From Octopus sinensis (taxonomy: Eukaryota): a stretch of 64,000 nucleotides of DNA. Under the pieces are notes generated by a model. The model was not told the origin of the DNA, made no database searches, and saw nothing but the letters and a program-made list of their open reading frames with translations. Position 1 is the first letter of the stretch, and every line of letters begins with the position of its first letter. The position numbers and the translations under genes were made by a program. The DNA is taken from the NCBI RefSeq assembly GCF_006345805.1, contig NC_043001.1, forward strand, positions 53,196,001 through 53,260,000, in the 5' to 3' direction. Positions 42,392 through 56,279 of this stretch are shown here, one piece after another.

Positions 42392-42916
42392 AAGTAAATA
42401 AATGGTACAACGAGGCACCGATATTTACTGGAAAATAGCAATCGTAATAACTACGACGCTATTGTATAGCTTCATGGCGTATATACTAGCAAAGACGCGT
42501 GTGTGCAACAAACATGAAAAAAATTTGTCTTACCTCTTGGAAGAACATCTGAAAAAGGGAAAACCTAGAAACGGATAATACTTTTAGATGTATAATTTTA
42601 CCCTTACGGGCTATCTTTTACTGGAAAGCAATACTTTCCTATTGCATTATTATTTTCATTGAAACTTCTTCACTGTTATCGTCCTGTTAACGTTTTGGCG
42701 TTCAGACGAGTGTCCTGGCATAGATGTGGAAACATTTGAAATTTTGTCTAGGTAAATGCAGCTGATGAAGACAAATCAAATCTACGTTGTCAAACGTGTT
42801 TGAAGTGTCTGAAACCGGTCCTGCATTATCCGTTTCTAGGTTTTCCATTTTTCAGATGTTCTTCCTAGAGGTAAGACAAATTTTTTTTTATGTTTGTTGC
42901 ACACACGCGTCTTTGC
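42392..42916. mobile_element. Fold-back hammerhead element (family G), in (TA)n
   Basis: 42392-42579 (antisense tail) is partly mirrored by 42825-42916. Ribozyme at 42755-42827. Confidence 0.8.
42755..42827 (+). ncRNA. Type I hammerhead ribozyme, family G (canonical, GUC)
   Basis: AATGCAG-CTGATGA-AGACA...TGTCT-GAAA-CCGG-T-C-CTGCATT, with a 7-bp stem I, a 5-bp stem II and palindromic ACCGGT. Confidence 0.88.
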
Positions 42917-42968
42917 TATATATATATGCAAAATCGGGAATGCTACATTAGGTTGGCAAAAAATCGTT

Positions 42969-43008
<40 letters not shown>

Positions 43009-43379
43009 GCCTTAATATTTAACACACTCACCGGTCCAGTTTCCACTCATTTATTATTTATATTTCTTCCATTGTACGGGTTACAGAAGAATCATCAAGC
43101 CTACGTAAACTCAATTATGAGGCCCCCAACCCGGCCAGTTTGTGGAGCGAATATCTCCAGAAATTATAGGTTATCCTTCTTCATTTCATAGGTTTCACGA
43201 CCACTCATTGAAATGTCTCTGGATGTCTGTGTGAGCGCAATGGATGTCCTCTGTATAATCAGTAATTGCAGCCACTTGAACGAACTCACAGGTTCTGCAG
43301 TAGGAAGTATAGGTGTGATTTCTTTTTACCCATGTATAGACATAGATTTTGCAGTGGAAAAATGCATTGAGATTATCTG

Positions 43380-44700
43380 TGAGAGCGAAGTAGACAACCG
43401 CGAAGTCAGCACGAGGGAACTGGGCCTCCTCCTAAAACTAACTTATGACTGTAACTAGACATCAATGACCTGAATAGATTCTGCCCCACCAAGTCACAGA
43501 TGAGAATACCACCCACCATCAACTTGGTAGTGAAGAAAAGCACTATAAAGCGCTGGAGAGCCAGCATCATACCAACCCAGGACCTTCAGAATGACAATCA
43601 GGTGTAAAGAAATACTGTGTGCTACAAGAGCTGGCGTGAGAACCACCTTAAAGAACCACATAGTAACGTTTGACGGGAAACTATACATGCAGATTCAGTG
43701 TGCAGCAGTCGGTGTCGGTGTGGCCTGCCTCTTCATGATCTGGTGGAACAGAATCTTTAAACATCTCAAACTGAACAATTCCCAACAGTATTGCTTTACT
43801 GTAGATATGTAGATAACATCAATATTCTACTTAGGACAAATACTGTTAAGTCTATCGTAGAAAACAAGTGGAACATAATGTAGATCATCCAGCACGTAGC
43901 TAACCCCATCCACGGAAGTATTAAGGTACACTGCCCAACTAGGCACCCTATCAACAGACTTCCTGTTTTTCATACTGAACATTCGTTAGAGATTGTAAAC
44001 AACAAGGTGCAGCTCCTAAACTCCTGTTACATGAAACCCATATATTCTAAATACGTTGTTCACAAGAACTCAGCTTTGTCACACAATACGAAAATCAGCA
44101 CACTGATAGCAGGCTTAGTTAGGATAATGCATATCGTGTCCTTGCTATGTGATCCCTATAAAACAAGGAAACATGTACAGAACTTCATGCACTGCATGCA
44201 ATTGTCTAGATATTTCAAGAAAGATAGAATTCGTGTATACAGGGGAGGTAGAAAGACATTAAATAACATAATACGTGATGCTGCAAATGGTGCCTGCCCT
44301 AGAGACAGAGATCAAGACTGGAATAATAACTAGAGCGTTTGCGACAAAGCAAACAGAATGAACACATGATACGGTGCTGACAAATATCAAGGTGCGCTGT
44401 TTGTAGAGGCTCCACTCCATGGGGAACTAGCCAGTAGATTTATGAAAGCTCTGAAGGAGAACAAGCTCAGCATGAACATCGTTGAGTAGCTAGGGAGCTG
44501 CATCATATTGTATTTTTGTAGGACATACCTCTTCAAAAATACCACATGTACTAATGAAAATTGCGTGATATGTAAAATTAAACCTGGTAATAACTTTAGA
44601 ACTAGAAATGTAGTCAAAACTATGAGATGCATAGAGGTTGCTTCTAAGAACAAATATACGGCATATATTGAAAAGACATGGAGAGAATAAATAGAATAAA
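43380..44700 (+). mobile_element. Penelope-like element remnant (RT motifs B-C and start of the endonuclease)
   Basis: IVTFDGKLYMQIQCAAVG..ACLFM (ORF 43591); YCRYVDN in an adjacent frame; CTNENCVICK...RNVV...C (ORF 44508). Confidence 0.65.
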
Positions 44701-46429
44701 TATATTGAAAAGACGTGGAGAGAATAAATAGAGACTTGTGGCAATATGATGTCAAGAAACAGTCCTCTATACTCTATCTTTACAAGTCGGCATTTTAACT
44801 TCTTTTTCTATCTGTAATACATGATGTATTTTTAGTTGAGTTGCAATATTCCATTCTTGATTCGCATGCGTTTATTGATGATTGCCGAGTTGATATGAAG
44901 TTTTAAGCAGTATTTTTGAAACTGAAAAATGTAAGAACCTATGTTAGATTATTAACATATTTGAAATGCAAATAATCTAATTCTTTAATTTGGTTGAAAT
45001 TTTCCTGGAACAGTCTCCAAAGCCACCAAGTTTTGGTTCACAATGCAAGTGACTTTTTTCAATGAATTTTCAAAAACGAAAAGAGAAGCTTATCACCTGC
45101 AGGTAGATTGAATGTTTCATGCATTATTCTCCTCCTTTTTTCTTGTTAAACAGTTGTGGTTTTAAATGACAAGACATTTCAAAAACAGTGTGACAATTAT
45201 TTTCTTTTAAATCTTATAAGTAAATCATACAACCAGAAAGGACTTACGTGAAATAATCGATTTTCAGAGTACGACTCATTTAGATGACTATTCATTCTTT
45301 ACTAAGAAATTGTATGTGGTTTGACAAAAATGAAAATGGTATAGCTGGTTATATACTTATTCTTTACTAAGAAATTCTAAGAGGATATACAAAATTGAAA
45401 ATAGTATGGTTGGTTATATATAGCTGTAATAGAAAATGGGTAGAATGAAGAAAATTGAAATTTTGAAAACAACAAAATGCTGGAAAACCTTGCTGACTAT
45501 GCTTCAAGCTGAGATATCTTCAGAATTTTGAAAACAAAATTAAACTGATAGTTTTTACAGGGAATGCTGAATTCAAAACTCAGTAGGGTGACTGATAGAT
45601 ATTTGGTATCATAGACTGTTCCGAAAGTATAATTTGAACACCTTAATTCCATACTTTGTCAGTACACGAACTAGATTTTTTTACCTTATGTGCTTGCGCA
45701 TGTATACTGATGTGTCGTAGTTGAGTTAGTAAATGAAAATATGCTCATTGACTGAGTGAAGAAATAACTGAGCAACGTCCACAAACATTTAACAGATGTA
45801 TTCATCGTCGCACAAAAAAGGAGTCTGTGTTGGCCATTAATATTTAAGAGCAGCAATAATTACAAACTTGGAGAGATACTGCTGTGAGGTTCCTAAAAGC
45901 TATCGGTACGGCAACATGCAGTTTGCTCAATGTACGTGAAGTCACTGGTGACAGACGTTCTTCTTCATCAGATCTAGGGCGTCTGCGTGGGCCGTCGGTC
46001 TGATCCGTCTACTGTAGCATAAATGGAAACACATATCGCTCATCTCCCTACAATATTCTGTGAAAAGTTTGGTACCAAAACAATCTTTTTAGAATACAAG
46101 AATATTCTAGAATATTAAATTACACCATGACTTCGCGCTGATTGGTTGCTTAATAGACCAATCACGGGGAACAAATATGGATTGTTCGTGTTGTCTGACC
46201 TCCTTTCCAGCGACTCGGGTTCCAATAAATGATACAGCAGTTCCTTCCAAGTTCATTGCATTGAGGTAAAAAATGCAGAACAATAAAGAGAAAGTTCTTG
46301 AAAACCTTGAGTCTTTTCTGCGAAATATTTGTGCATAAAAGCTTTGGTTGCACTTTGTTGTTCTATGACCGTTTCTGATATTCATGCGTTATTTTAACGG
46401 ACTTTCCTGATTATTTTTGTGTCGAATCC

Positions 46430-46807
46430 TTTCTACTCTAGGCACAAGACCAGACGTTTTTTGGGGGAGGGGCCCAGTCGATTAGATCGACCCCAGTACG
46501 CAATGGGAATTAATTTATCGACCCCGAAAAGATAAAAGGCAAAGTCGACTTCGGCGGAATTTGATCTCAGAACGTAGCAGCAGACGAAATACACATTTCT
46601 TTACTACCCACAAGAGGCTAAACATAGAGAGGGGCAAACAAGGCCAGACAAACGGATTAAGTCGATTATATCGACCCCAGTGCGTAACTGGTATTTATTT
46701 TAAAGGCAAAGTCGACCTCGGCGGAATTTGAACTCAGAATGTAAAGACCGACGAAATACCGCTAAGCATTTTGCCCGATGTGCTAATGTTTCTGCCAGCT
46801 CGCCGCT
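46430..46807 (-). mobile_element. Two abutting octopus-type SINE copies
   Basis: ctactctaggcacaag...gtcgacttcggcggaattt...; a second copy ends gtttctgccagctcgccgc. Confidence 0.85.
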
Positions 46808-47754
46808 TTATTTTTGTGGCGAATGTCATCAAATTTCGAAAAGATTAATGTCGGTTGTCCGATTGCATGATCTTATTTGAATTTTTTTGAGTTGAGAGTT
46901 GCTAATGGTTCTCTTGGGGAAAATGGATGTCGAGTGGCATCAATGTCACGGGTGTCATTTGGCTGTATCACCAATGTTGCCGTGGGTGTTGGTTGTTTGC
47001 TATGCCATAGTAAATGAAAATATGCTTCTTGGCGACGTGAAAAAAATAACTGAACAGCAGCGGCGAAAGTGTAACGGCAATAATTACTGACTGGGAAAGA
47101 GATACTGCTGGGAGACTACAGAAAGCTATTAGTGCGATAATATGCGGTTTTCCGAATGCATCTGAAATCAGTTGCGCTATATTGGTGGCATCGAAGGTTC
47201 TTAGTTATTTGTCCAAGGCCGTCTGGGTGGACTGTGTTCCTGGAATGTCTACCTGGGCCGTCTACCTTTATAGTTTGTTGTGGCAAGATATGAGACATAT
47301 TGCTCAGCCGCCTACACAATTTTTAAAAGATCTTCGCGCCAAAGCGGCATTTAATAGCGTACCGGAAGAAGAGTCTAGATTAAATCACGCTATGGCTTCA
47401 CGTTCTTTGGTGGCTAAATGGATCGATCGCATGAAACTATTGTGTTTGGATCGTGATGTATTTGCGAATAACTTGCGTTGCCGTTCCGAATCACTGGTAC
47501 ATCACATATATACATACCCTCCCCCCAAAATACTGGTCTGTTTTCCAAAAACTGAAACCAATATCATAACAAGAAATTTTGACAAAGATGTGCTCTGAAA
47601 AATATATGTTGCTGGAAGGAGTACATGATGTGTGAACAATAACACAAACAATTTACGAATTTTAAAGAAAGGGGATTTAATGTTACATATATATTAATTG
47701 ATTTCAAATTTTATCATAAGGCCTGCAATTTTGGAAAGGTGGTAAGCGAGGAAG

Positions 47755-47863
47755 CATGAAAGGCAAAGTCGGCCTCGGCGAATTTTAACTCAGAACAGAA
47801 AGACCCATGAAATGTTGCTAAGCATTTTACCTGGTGCGCTAACTATAGTGCCAGCTTGCCGCC
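47755..47863 (-). mobile_element. Octopus-type SINE, 5' half
   Basis: gaaaggcaaagtcggcctcggcgaattttaactcagaac...ccagcttgccgcc. Confidence 0.7.
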
Positions 47864-47875
47864 TAACATACATGC

Positions 47876-47943
<68 letters not shown>

Positions 47944-48377
47944 ATGTGTGTGTGTGTGTGTGTGTGCGTGCGTATGTGTGTGAGTGTGTGTGTATGTATG
48001 TATGTAAGTATGTATATATATATATATACATACATACATATTGATTAGCACATAAATTCATGGAAGCATAACCATATAATATCTAACAAATGTAAAAGTT
48101 TTAAATTAAGATTCTCTGTTCAAAACGATTATATAACCTTCTGAAGTAATTCGTATCAAGGAAGGTTTAAAAACACAACGTTTTCCCATTTGTCTGCAAA
48201 CTTAAGCCAATATTATATTCACAGTATGTCGTTCTGTGTTTGATGCATGAAGATACTTGCGGGTCGCTGTGTGCTTTTGCGTACTATTATAGTACAACAC
48301 ATATACATAATTGTATAATATGCATAATCATGCACTCAAGACATGGATGTCAAAACCACTATGAGGATGTAGCACGT

Positions 48378-48439
<62 letters not shown>

Positions 48440-50057
48440 TCAATAAATGGTGGGGTTGTGTTGACCGAACGTGGAGAAATGATAAGCAAGGAAAAATTGT
48501 AAAAATGCAGAATGCTAAATTGAAAGAAAATTTTAATGAAATGAGAAATTGATAAAATATATAAATATATATTTATTCAAACCGGTTTTCGTCATGAGGT
48601 GACTTATCAAGAATAGTTAGGTAAAAAAGTATTTTAAAAATGAGAAAGGGGAAAAAAGAAAGTTGCATTGTTTTTTGCAAAAGAATAATAATAAATATGT
48701 ACAAAAATTAAAAAATAAGTACTCCGATACATTGTGAGTTCATTGTGTACCTTGAGTTTAATGATTGTTCACCAAAAAATTACCTTGAGGTGTTAGGATC
48801 CAATGGGATTAAGACCATGTGTTGTTTGGTTTAATTAAGGATGTTGGCAGAACAGGAAGTAGTAGTAATTGTGGTTCTTCAGTTCCTGTGTTGTGAATTA
48901 GGGGAGACAACTCTTTTGAGTTCTTCAATTTGTGTTTCTCAAACTCCCCTGCAATAAAGGCTGCTAATAAACCCCAAATTATAAAATTATCATTTTAGCT
49001 TCATTTGCATTATCTTTTTTTATATAATTGTTTGTTAACTTAACTTTCAGATTTTAACACTTTATTTATATTATTTTCTAATTATATAAATTTGCATAGA
49101 CCAATTTATAATTACATTTCAGATTGTTATATCATATATAAAATAAAAATGATAGTAATAACAACAATAGTAAAAATAATATTTAAAGAATATAAGTTTT
49201 AGCTTGTAGTGATGAATGCATGGTATCCTTATATATTTGTGTTAGTCCATCCATGAAGAATGAGGTAGAAAAAGGAAGTTTGATCAACGAGGAGTTTGCA
49301 TATTAAGTTGTGTTTGGAATTTTTCAATAAAGAGATTCTCTTTGTTAATTCTCTCCTGTGTGGTGATCCCTTCTTTACATTGGTAGAAGGGGAATATATA
49401 GAATTTGGGGTTTAAGTCTTTAGCGCATGAGTCTATGTGGTCACTCAGTGGAATTTGTCGGTATTCCGGGAGATTTATTTGTTCTTTATGCACCGCTACT
49501 CATTTACGTAACGGGAGACTCGTTTGTCCAACATAATTATGTTGGCAACCAGCGCAAGTGAGAAGGTAGATAAGGTTCTCGGAGGAACAGGAGAAGTTAG
49601 TCTTGATTTTAAACTTCGTACCTTGTTTGAAGGTAAATTCAAAGCCTTCAAGTAGGAAGGGGCGGATACCACAGTTTGGGCGTGCACATTTTTTTACTGC
49701 TGGGGGTGGATATGGTGTGTGAAGTTTGGCATTTGTCAAGAGTTTTTTTAAACATTTGTGTTGCCTTTTACATTTGAGGATTTTGTGTGTATTTATAATG
49801 TTTTTCATTTTTGGGTCTGTTGACAGTAGACTGAGGTTTTGTATGATTGTGGTGTATGCTTCGATATTTTTGGGGTTGTGGGTGGAAATGTATGGAAGTA
49901 TTTTGAGGTTGTGTGTGGTGTTAGGTTGGGTCGTCTTCAGTGTAATGTTATCTAGTTATTTGGCGCGTTTTATTCCATACTCTATAAGGGTGGAGGGATA
50001 TTGGCGTTGTAATAGTGTTTTTTTGAGGTCTTGAAGGCGTATTTCTCGTGTTTTTGG
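48440..50057 (-). mobile_element. Penelope-like element 3' part (Neptune-like GIY-YIG, tail and ribozyme), between (TA)n tracts
   Basis: ORF 49500-49808 CARPNCGI...FSCSSENLIYLLTCAGCQHNYVGQTSLPLRK; ORF 49284-49493 HKEQI...LSDHIDSC...RINKENLFIEKFQTQLN. Confidence 0.9.
48574..48615 (-). ncRNA. Minimal type I hammerhead ribozyme with U3-A8 covariant core (family H)
   Basis: TATTC-TTGATAA-GTCA CCTCA TGAC-GAAA-A CCGG T-T-T-GAATA. Confidence 0.7.
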
Positions 50058-50092
50058 ATATATATATATATATATATATATAAGCATTTATA

Positions 50093-51280
50093 TTGGGTTG
50101 TCCGAAAAGTTCGTGCCGATTATTAAAGGAAAGAAAGAAGGTCAATAAATACCTGCCATTTCATTTTTAATCAACCAAATGTGAACCATTTTAATGCACA
50201 TTGCGTCTCTATCTTTCCTTTAACTTGAAAATACCCTTTTACCAGAATTGACGTGGTTTCATGGCAAATAATTCATCAAGGCATCTTTTTACGTCATCCA
50301 AGGAATTGAAATTTTTAGCATTAAGACTATTCTACAGAGACCCGAATAAGTGGAAATCCGAAGGAGCAATATCTGGTGAATATAGAGGGTGGAGTAACAC
50401 ATCCCAGCCGAGCTGCAGCAATTTTTGTCTGGTTCCCAAAGAAACGTGCAGTCTTATATAATGATGTTGTAAAACAACACCCTTCCTGTTGGCCAATTCT
50501 GGATGTTTCTCTTGAATTGCTGATTTTAACTCGTCCAGTTATGTGCAGTATTTCTCAGAATTAATTGTCTGGTTACTTGGGAGAAGCTCATAGTACAAAA
50601 TTCCTTTCCAATCCCACCAGACACAAAGCAAGAAATTTTTAGGGTGAAGACCCGCTTTGGGATGGCTAAGAGTGGCTCATGTCACTTACTCCAGGATCCC
50701 CTTCTCTGAATATTTCGGTAGATAATCCATTTCTCATCACCTGTCATAATTTGCTTTAAAAAAGGCGCGTTTTCATTCCGTTTATAAAGCGAACCACAGA
50801 TGGAAATTCGATCCAAAAGGTTCTCACTCAACTCAAGTGGTACCCAAACATCGTAGCCATTGGTGTACCCAAGCTTTACCAAGTGCTCATGAACGACGGA
50901 TTTTCATAGTTTGAAGCTTTCTGCCAATTCTTGGGTTGTGCTATGTGGGTTATTCTCAATTAATAACTTGATGTGATCATCATCTGTAGTGGATTGTCTG
51001 CCTGAACGCTCTTTATCAATAAGACTACAATCTCCAGCTGGGAATCTTCCGAAACACTTCAGTACATTTCTTTCGGATAAAGAAATATTACCGTAAACTG
51101 GGCATATTTCTTTGGTTGCTTGTGAGTCATTTTTCCCTTTACGGAAAAAGAAAAGCATCAAGCGCCGAAAATGAACTTTCTTATCTTCCAATTTAAACGA
51201 AGATATTACAGGAATTCCTAATACAACTTTCCGAGCAATGAAACAATCGGAGAGCTCATATTTGGAAAGCGAAACTCTTC
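50093..51280 (-). mobile_element. mariner-family transposon, degenerate
   Basis: TA then TTGGGTTGTCCGAAAAGTTCGTGCCGAT TIR; HTH ORF 50904-51191; WVPLEL and TGDEKW (ORF 50682-50882); LHPLYSPDIAPSDFHLF near 50370. The second TIR was not found. Confidence 0.9.
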
Positions 51281-51800
51281 ACAGCTTCTACAGACAAGCC
51301 CACGCAAACGCTCACGCAAGTATATTCATATATGTATAAGTGTATGTGTGTGTGTACCTACGTACGTATGTATGCATATATGCATGTGTGTATGAATATA
51401 TGTATGCATGTATGTATGTGCGTACGTGTTTATATATGTACGTGTGTATGTATGTGTACGTATATGTATACATGCGCTTTCTGTGAATTAAATTCTGTCA
51501 ATTATATGACGACCTGATCATTTTATAAATGGAATTCAATGGCTTACTTTATTCTCAATAGGTATTTTGTATTACATTATTTAGTAATAATGGATTAAAT
51601 ATATACAACTCTTTACGTCTTTCTATTTTAAAATAAATATTCTCATGAATAATAGATTATGCAATGTGCAAATAGATTGCATCAAGGAGCATTAATAGAT
51701 GATTTATAGAAAAGTATACAGCAGTACAAAACATACATTGTGAAAGCTTTCATGTGTTGTATTTTGACTAAAACAGCTATAAAAATCATGTTATATACTG

Positions 51801-51853
<53 letters not shown>

Positions 51854-52166
51854 CATAATTCTGTGTTTAGCATGTAATATATTTTTTTTAGTGTCAGCTC
51901 CATACTATTTACATACGAGCACAATATTAATATTTATTGGCTTAAATGGAGGATTACAATTTTGTAATATTCTGCTTTAGAATCGAATGACTAGTAACTG
52001 TACACCGTATTTTCATTTTACGTAACTTATCTACTTGTGTGTCATAAGTTCACACAAAATTTTAGATTTTGTATGTACTTGTGTGTCTGTGTTTGTCCCC
52101 TACCATCAGTTTACAACCGATGTTAGTGTGTTTACGTCCCAGTAACTTAGCCGTTCAACTAAAGGG

Positions 52167-52235
<69 letters not shown>

Positions 52236-52500
52236 TATATGTATGTATATAGTCAATTAAAAACAGATAAAAAGAAGAGGAAAAGCAAACAAACGAGTGG
52301 ACTAGCATGTGCAATGTATTAATATTACACTCTGTGAAGGAAAATAGGTGTAGTTTTACGTGTCAAGCATTGCGCTTCTTCGGAAACAGGCATGTTCAAA
52401 ATGAAGGAGGAAAAATAATCAAGATTGTTTATGATTATTTTTACTCTTTAACAATCACGTGCGTTTACATTTATTCACATACACATACATATACTTATAA

Positions 52501-52545
<45 letters not shown>

Positions 52546-53478
52546 TCAAACGTCAAAAATTGATGGGCGCAAAATCCTAGAATATACTTAAATATTGGAA
52601 CTGGTAAATTCAGAACAAGCACTAACAAAATGACAAATACCGACACAGGATGCTAGAATATTAAACCTGGAAAAGAGGAGGACGAAGAAAAACAAGACAA
52701 GATATTGCTGGTGATTCCAGAGTCTAAAAACCAAACTAGCAATAAATGCACTTAATATTTTTTTTTATTTGAAATAAAAGTTTTAATTAAAATACTCAAG
52801 AAGGTTTTTATTATCAATTTTGGCAGAAAAAATAATTGCCTGCAAATTTACACATTAAAAATTGGATATTAAAAGTTTATATATTAGAAAAAAATCACAT
52901 TATAGCAATTTAAGCAAAACTGACAATGCATTATAGCCCGTAAGTTTCTTTTAAAAAGCTAGAGAATCATTTCAACATTTTACAATCAATTTATTCATTA
53001 GTTTTCAATTCTTTTTAAAAATTCCAGATATTTTGTTATCTGATAATGCAAACTTTAAAGGAACACCCTTGTTTTCTTTAAATTTTTGGTACTATTTTTT
53101 ATCTTCCTAAATTAAATATACTCTATATAATGTAAATTTTATAACAATATCTCTGATGTGAAATGCCTGGATAATGAATTTTGTTAATAAAATAAAATGG
53201 GAAAAATAATATAATTCTAAAAAAAAAAATTCAAATATTTTAACTCAAAAGGTAGTTTCGGAGCGAGCGTCATATTTAAAACAATCGCATTCAATTTGAT
53301 TTGTAACAGAATTAGTGAAGAAGACTAAAACTGCTCACAAGTACCTACAGGGTAACTTTAAGTATAAATTGATACACTGCCGGGTGTTGGTGAAGGGTGT
53401 TCACATACATACAAACATACATGCATAACATACATACGTACATATATATATATATATATTATATATATATATATTATA

Positions 53479-53515
<37 letters not shown>

Positions 53516-53633
53516 TAATAAAACGAATGTTCTATACCTGGTAGCTTATTGGCAAAGCCAAGTTCAATTTCACAGTGTTTGTTATGTATATGGTAAATGA
53601 AAGACGGAAGATGGAAGATACGAGAATTTCTAT

Positions 53634-53935
53634 ATTAATCACAATTGTTTAGACACATATAGCATCCTCACGGGTGGGATACTTAACAACTGCCTCAGGA
53701 ACATCCGACGGTGCAGATGTGTATCTTCAGGTAACAAATAGATATAACCCGTTAAATAACACTCCCGCAATGTATCTTCTCATTTGGCGCAAAATAAAGC
53801 AGTTAATTAAGGGATATATCTTCACTTATATAGAAGAGACATATCTGCACCGTCGGATGATTCTGAACCAGTTGTTAAGTAACCCACCAGTGAGGGATCG
53901 GTGCTATATATGTCGAAACGATTGTCTTGATAAAT
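53634..53935. mobile_element. Decayed fold-back element with two complementary hammerhead relics (family I); second copy at ~55587-55888
   Basis: Left arm (minus): CTGAAGA-TACACAT...ATGTGTC-TAAA-CAATTG-T-G. Right arm (plus): TAGAAGA-GACATAT...ATATGTC-GAAA-CGATTG-T-C. Confidence 0.5.
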
Positions 53936-54507
53936 AAAAATTTTCGTATCTTCCATCTTCCGTCTTACGTTTACCATATATTTGTATGTGTGTATGTATG
54001 TATGTATGTATGTATGTATGTATGTATGTATGTATGTATGTATGTATGTATGTATGTATGTATGTATGTGTGTATATATGTATGTATGTATGTATGTCTC
54101 TTCTACTTTTTAATCATTATAAATCTTCCACTGAAGAGGAAGCCGGTTTCCAACAAATATATAAGGCTCCATCTTTAGGATGTTTTTAACACAGATGAAT
54201 TCACTTTTGGAACTTGAGAAAAGTCTTGCATATCGTTACTGTTTCACTCACCGATTTCTTAATAGTTAATTGCTTCCTCTAGTTGGAAGCTTTTAGATTA
54301 AGTTAAAAGATACCGACGATAGAAATTTTAAAAGCGTGTGTTCTCTAAATACTACAATAAAAGAGAAAGTATCTACCTATATGAAAGCAAAGACAGTAAT
54401 AATATTAAGAAATCTAGTGGTTTGAGGAGGCAATCATTCGTGTATAGGGTGCAACGAATATAAAGCTTTATCATGTGATAATTGTCTATCGTTTAATTGT
54501 AAACTCC

Positions 54508-54735
54508 TATTTCTTCACTACCCACAAGGGGCTAAACACAGAGGGGACGGACAAGGACAGACAAACGGATTAAGTCGATTATATCGACCCCAGTGCGTAA
54601 ATCGTACTTAATTTATCGACACCGAAAGGATGAAAGGCAAAGTCGACCGCGGCGGAATTTGAACTCAGAACGTAACGGCAGATGAAATACCGCAAATCAT
54701 TTCGCCCGGCATGCTAGCAATTCTGCCAGCTCGCC
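54508..54735 (-). mobile_element. Octopus-type SINE (duplicated at 59451-59678)
   Basis: ctacccacaagggg...gtcgaccgcggcggaatttgaactcagaacg...ctgccagctcgcc. Confidence 0.85.
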
Positions 54736-55421
54736 TTTAATTGTAACACTGTCGTGATGACTTATTTAAAACATTCTAAGTAATGAGCTTGAAACGTAGA
54801 TTATCTGACTGTACTACATAACCACACATTACCATATTTGCTCCTATTAGATGTAATGAAACATAGATATACATATACTCAGTTCTAGTCCCCAATTTTT
54901 AGGAAGGGATAACCACAAGATAAACACCAGGCATTGCGTTCATTTTCCAGGTCAGAGAGGCAAGCCCCGTCGTATGCTCACGTCAAAACATAGAACGTGA
55001 CCCCTAATATCAGCAGCGGAGCCCGACAACATATGCCGGTTTATCCCCGCCGCATCATGCTGGTTCAGTACCGCTTTGTGCAAAATCAAATTCATTCATT
55101 CGTCCACAAACACTCTACAAGTTTTCCTATCATTTATAAACTCTCTTGCCTCTCTCATTCCAACAGCTCTAACCACCAAAGCCTTTCCTTACTCCATCCA
55201 TCCACACAAACCCAACTCAAAAGGTAGTTTCGGAGCGAGCGTCATATTTAAAACAATCGCATTCAATTTGATTTGTAACAGAATTAGTGAAGAAGACTAA
55301 AACTGCTCACAAGTACCTACAGGGTAACTTTAAGTATAAATTGATACACTGCCGGGTGTTGGTGAAGGGTGTTCACATACATACAAACATACATGCATAA
55401 CATACATACGTACATATATAT

Positions 55422-55468
<47 letters not shown>

Positions 55469-56279
55469 TAATAAAACGAATGTTCTATACCTGGTAGCTT
55501 ATTGGCAAAGCCAAGTTCAATTTCACAGTGTTTGTTATGTATATGGTAAATGAAAGACGGAAGATGGAAGATACGAGAATTTCTATATTAATCACAATTG
55601 TTTAGACACATATAGCATCCTCACGGGTGGGATACTTAACAACTGCCTCAGGAACATCCGACGGTGCAGATGTGTATCTTCAGGTAACAAATAGATATAA
55701 CCCGTTAAATAACACTCCCGCAATGTATCTTCTCATTTGGCGCAAAATAAAGCAGTTAATTAAGGGATATATCTTCACTTATATAGAAGAGACATATCTG
55801 CACCGTCGGATGATTCTGAACCAGTTGTTAAGTAACCCACCAGTGAGGGATCGGTGCTATATATGTCGAAACAATTGTCTTGATAAATAAAAATTTTCGT
55901 ATCTTCCATCTTCCGTCTTACGTTTACCATATATTTGTATGTGTGTATGTATGTATGTATGTATGTATGTATGTATGTATGTATGTATGTATGTATGTAT
56001 GTATGTATGTATGTATGTGTGTATATATGTATGTATGTATGTATGTATGTCTCTTCTACTTTTTAATCATTATAAATCTTCCACTGAAGAGGAAGCCGGT
56101 TTCCAACAAATATATAAGGCTCCATCTTTAGGATGTTTTTAACACAGATGAATTCACTTTTGGAACTTGAGAAAAGTCTTGCATATCGTTACTGTTTCAC
56201 TCACCGATTTCACTTCTAATGTACAAATTAGCCGGTCGGTTTATTTTTCTGAAAATCCCAGTTTATCCAGATTCACCTT

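Larger units (their letters stand above)
53242..56211. repeat. Near-identical ~1-kb direct duplication (segment A: 53242-54258 and 55214-56211)
   Basis: Identical except for microsatellite lengths and a few substitutions/indels, e.g. acgattgtc versus acaattgtc. Confidence 0.92.

Noticed and set aside
47182-47598. 138-aa plus-strand ORF
   Set aside because: GTG start, no recognisable motif and no splice context; probably part of an unclassified repeat.
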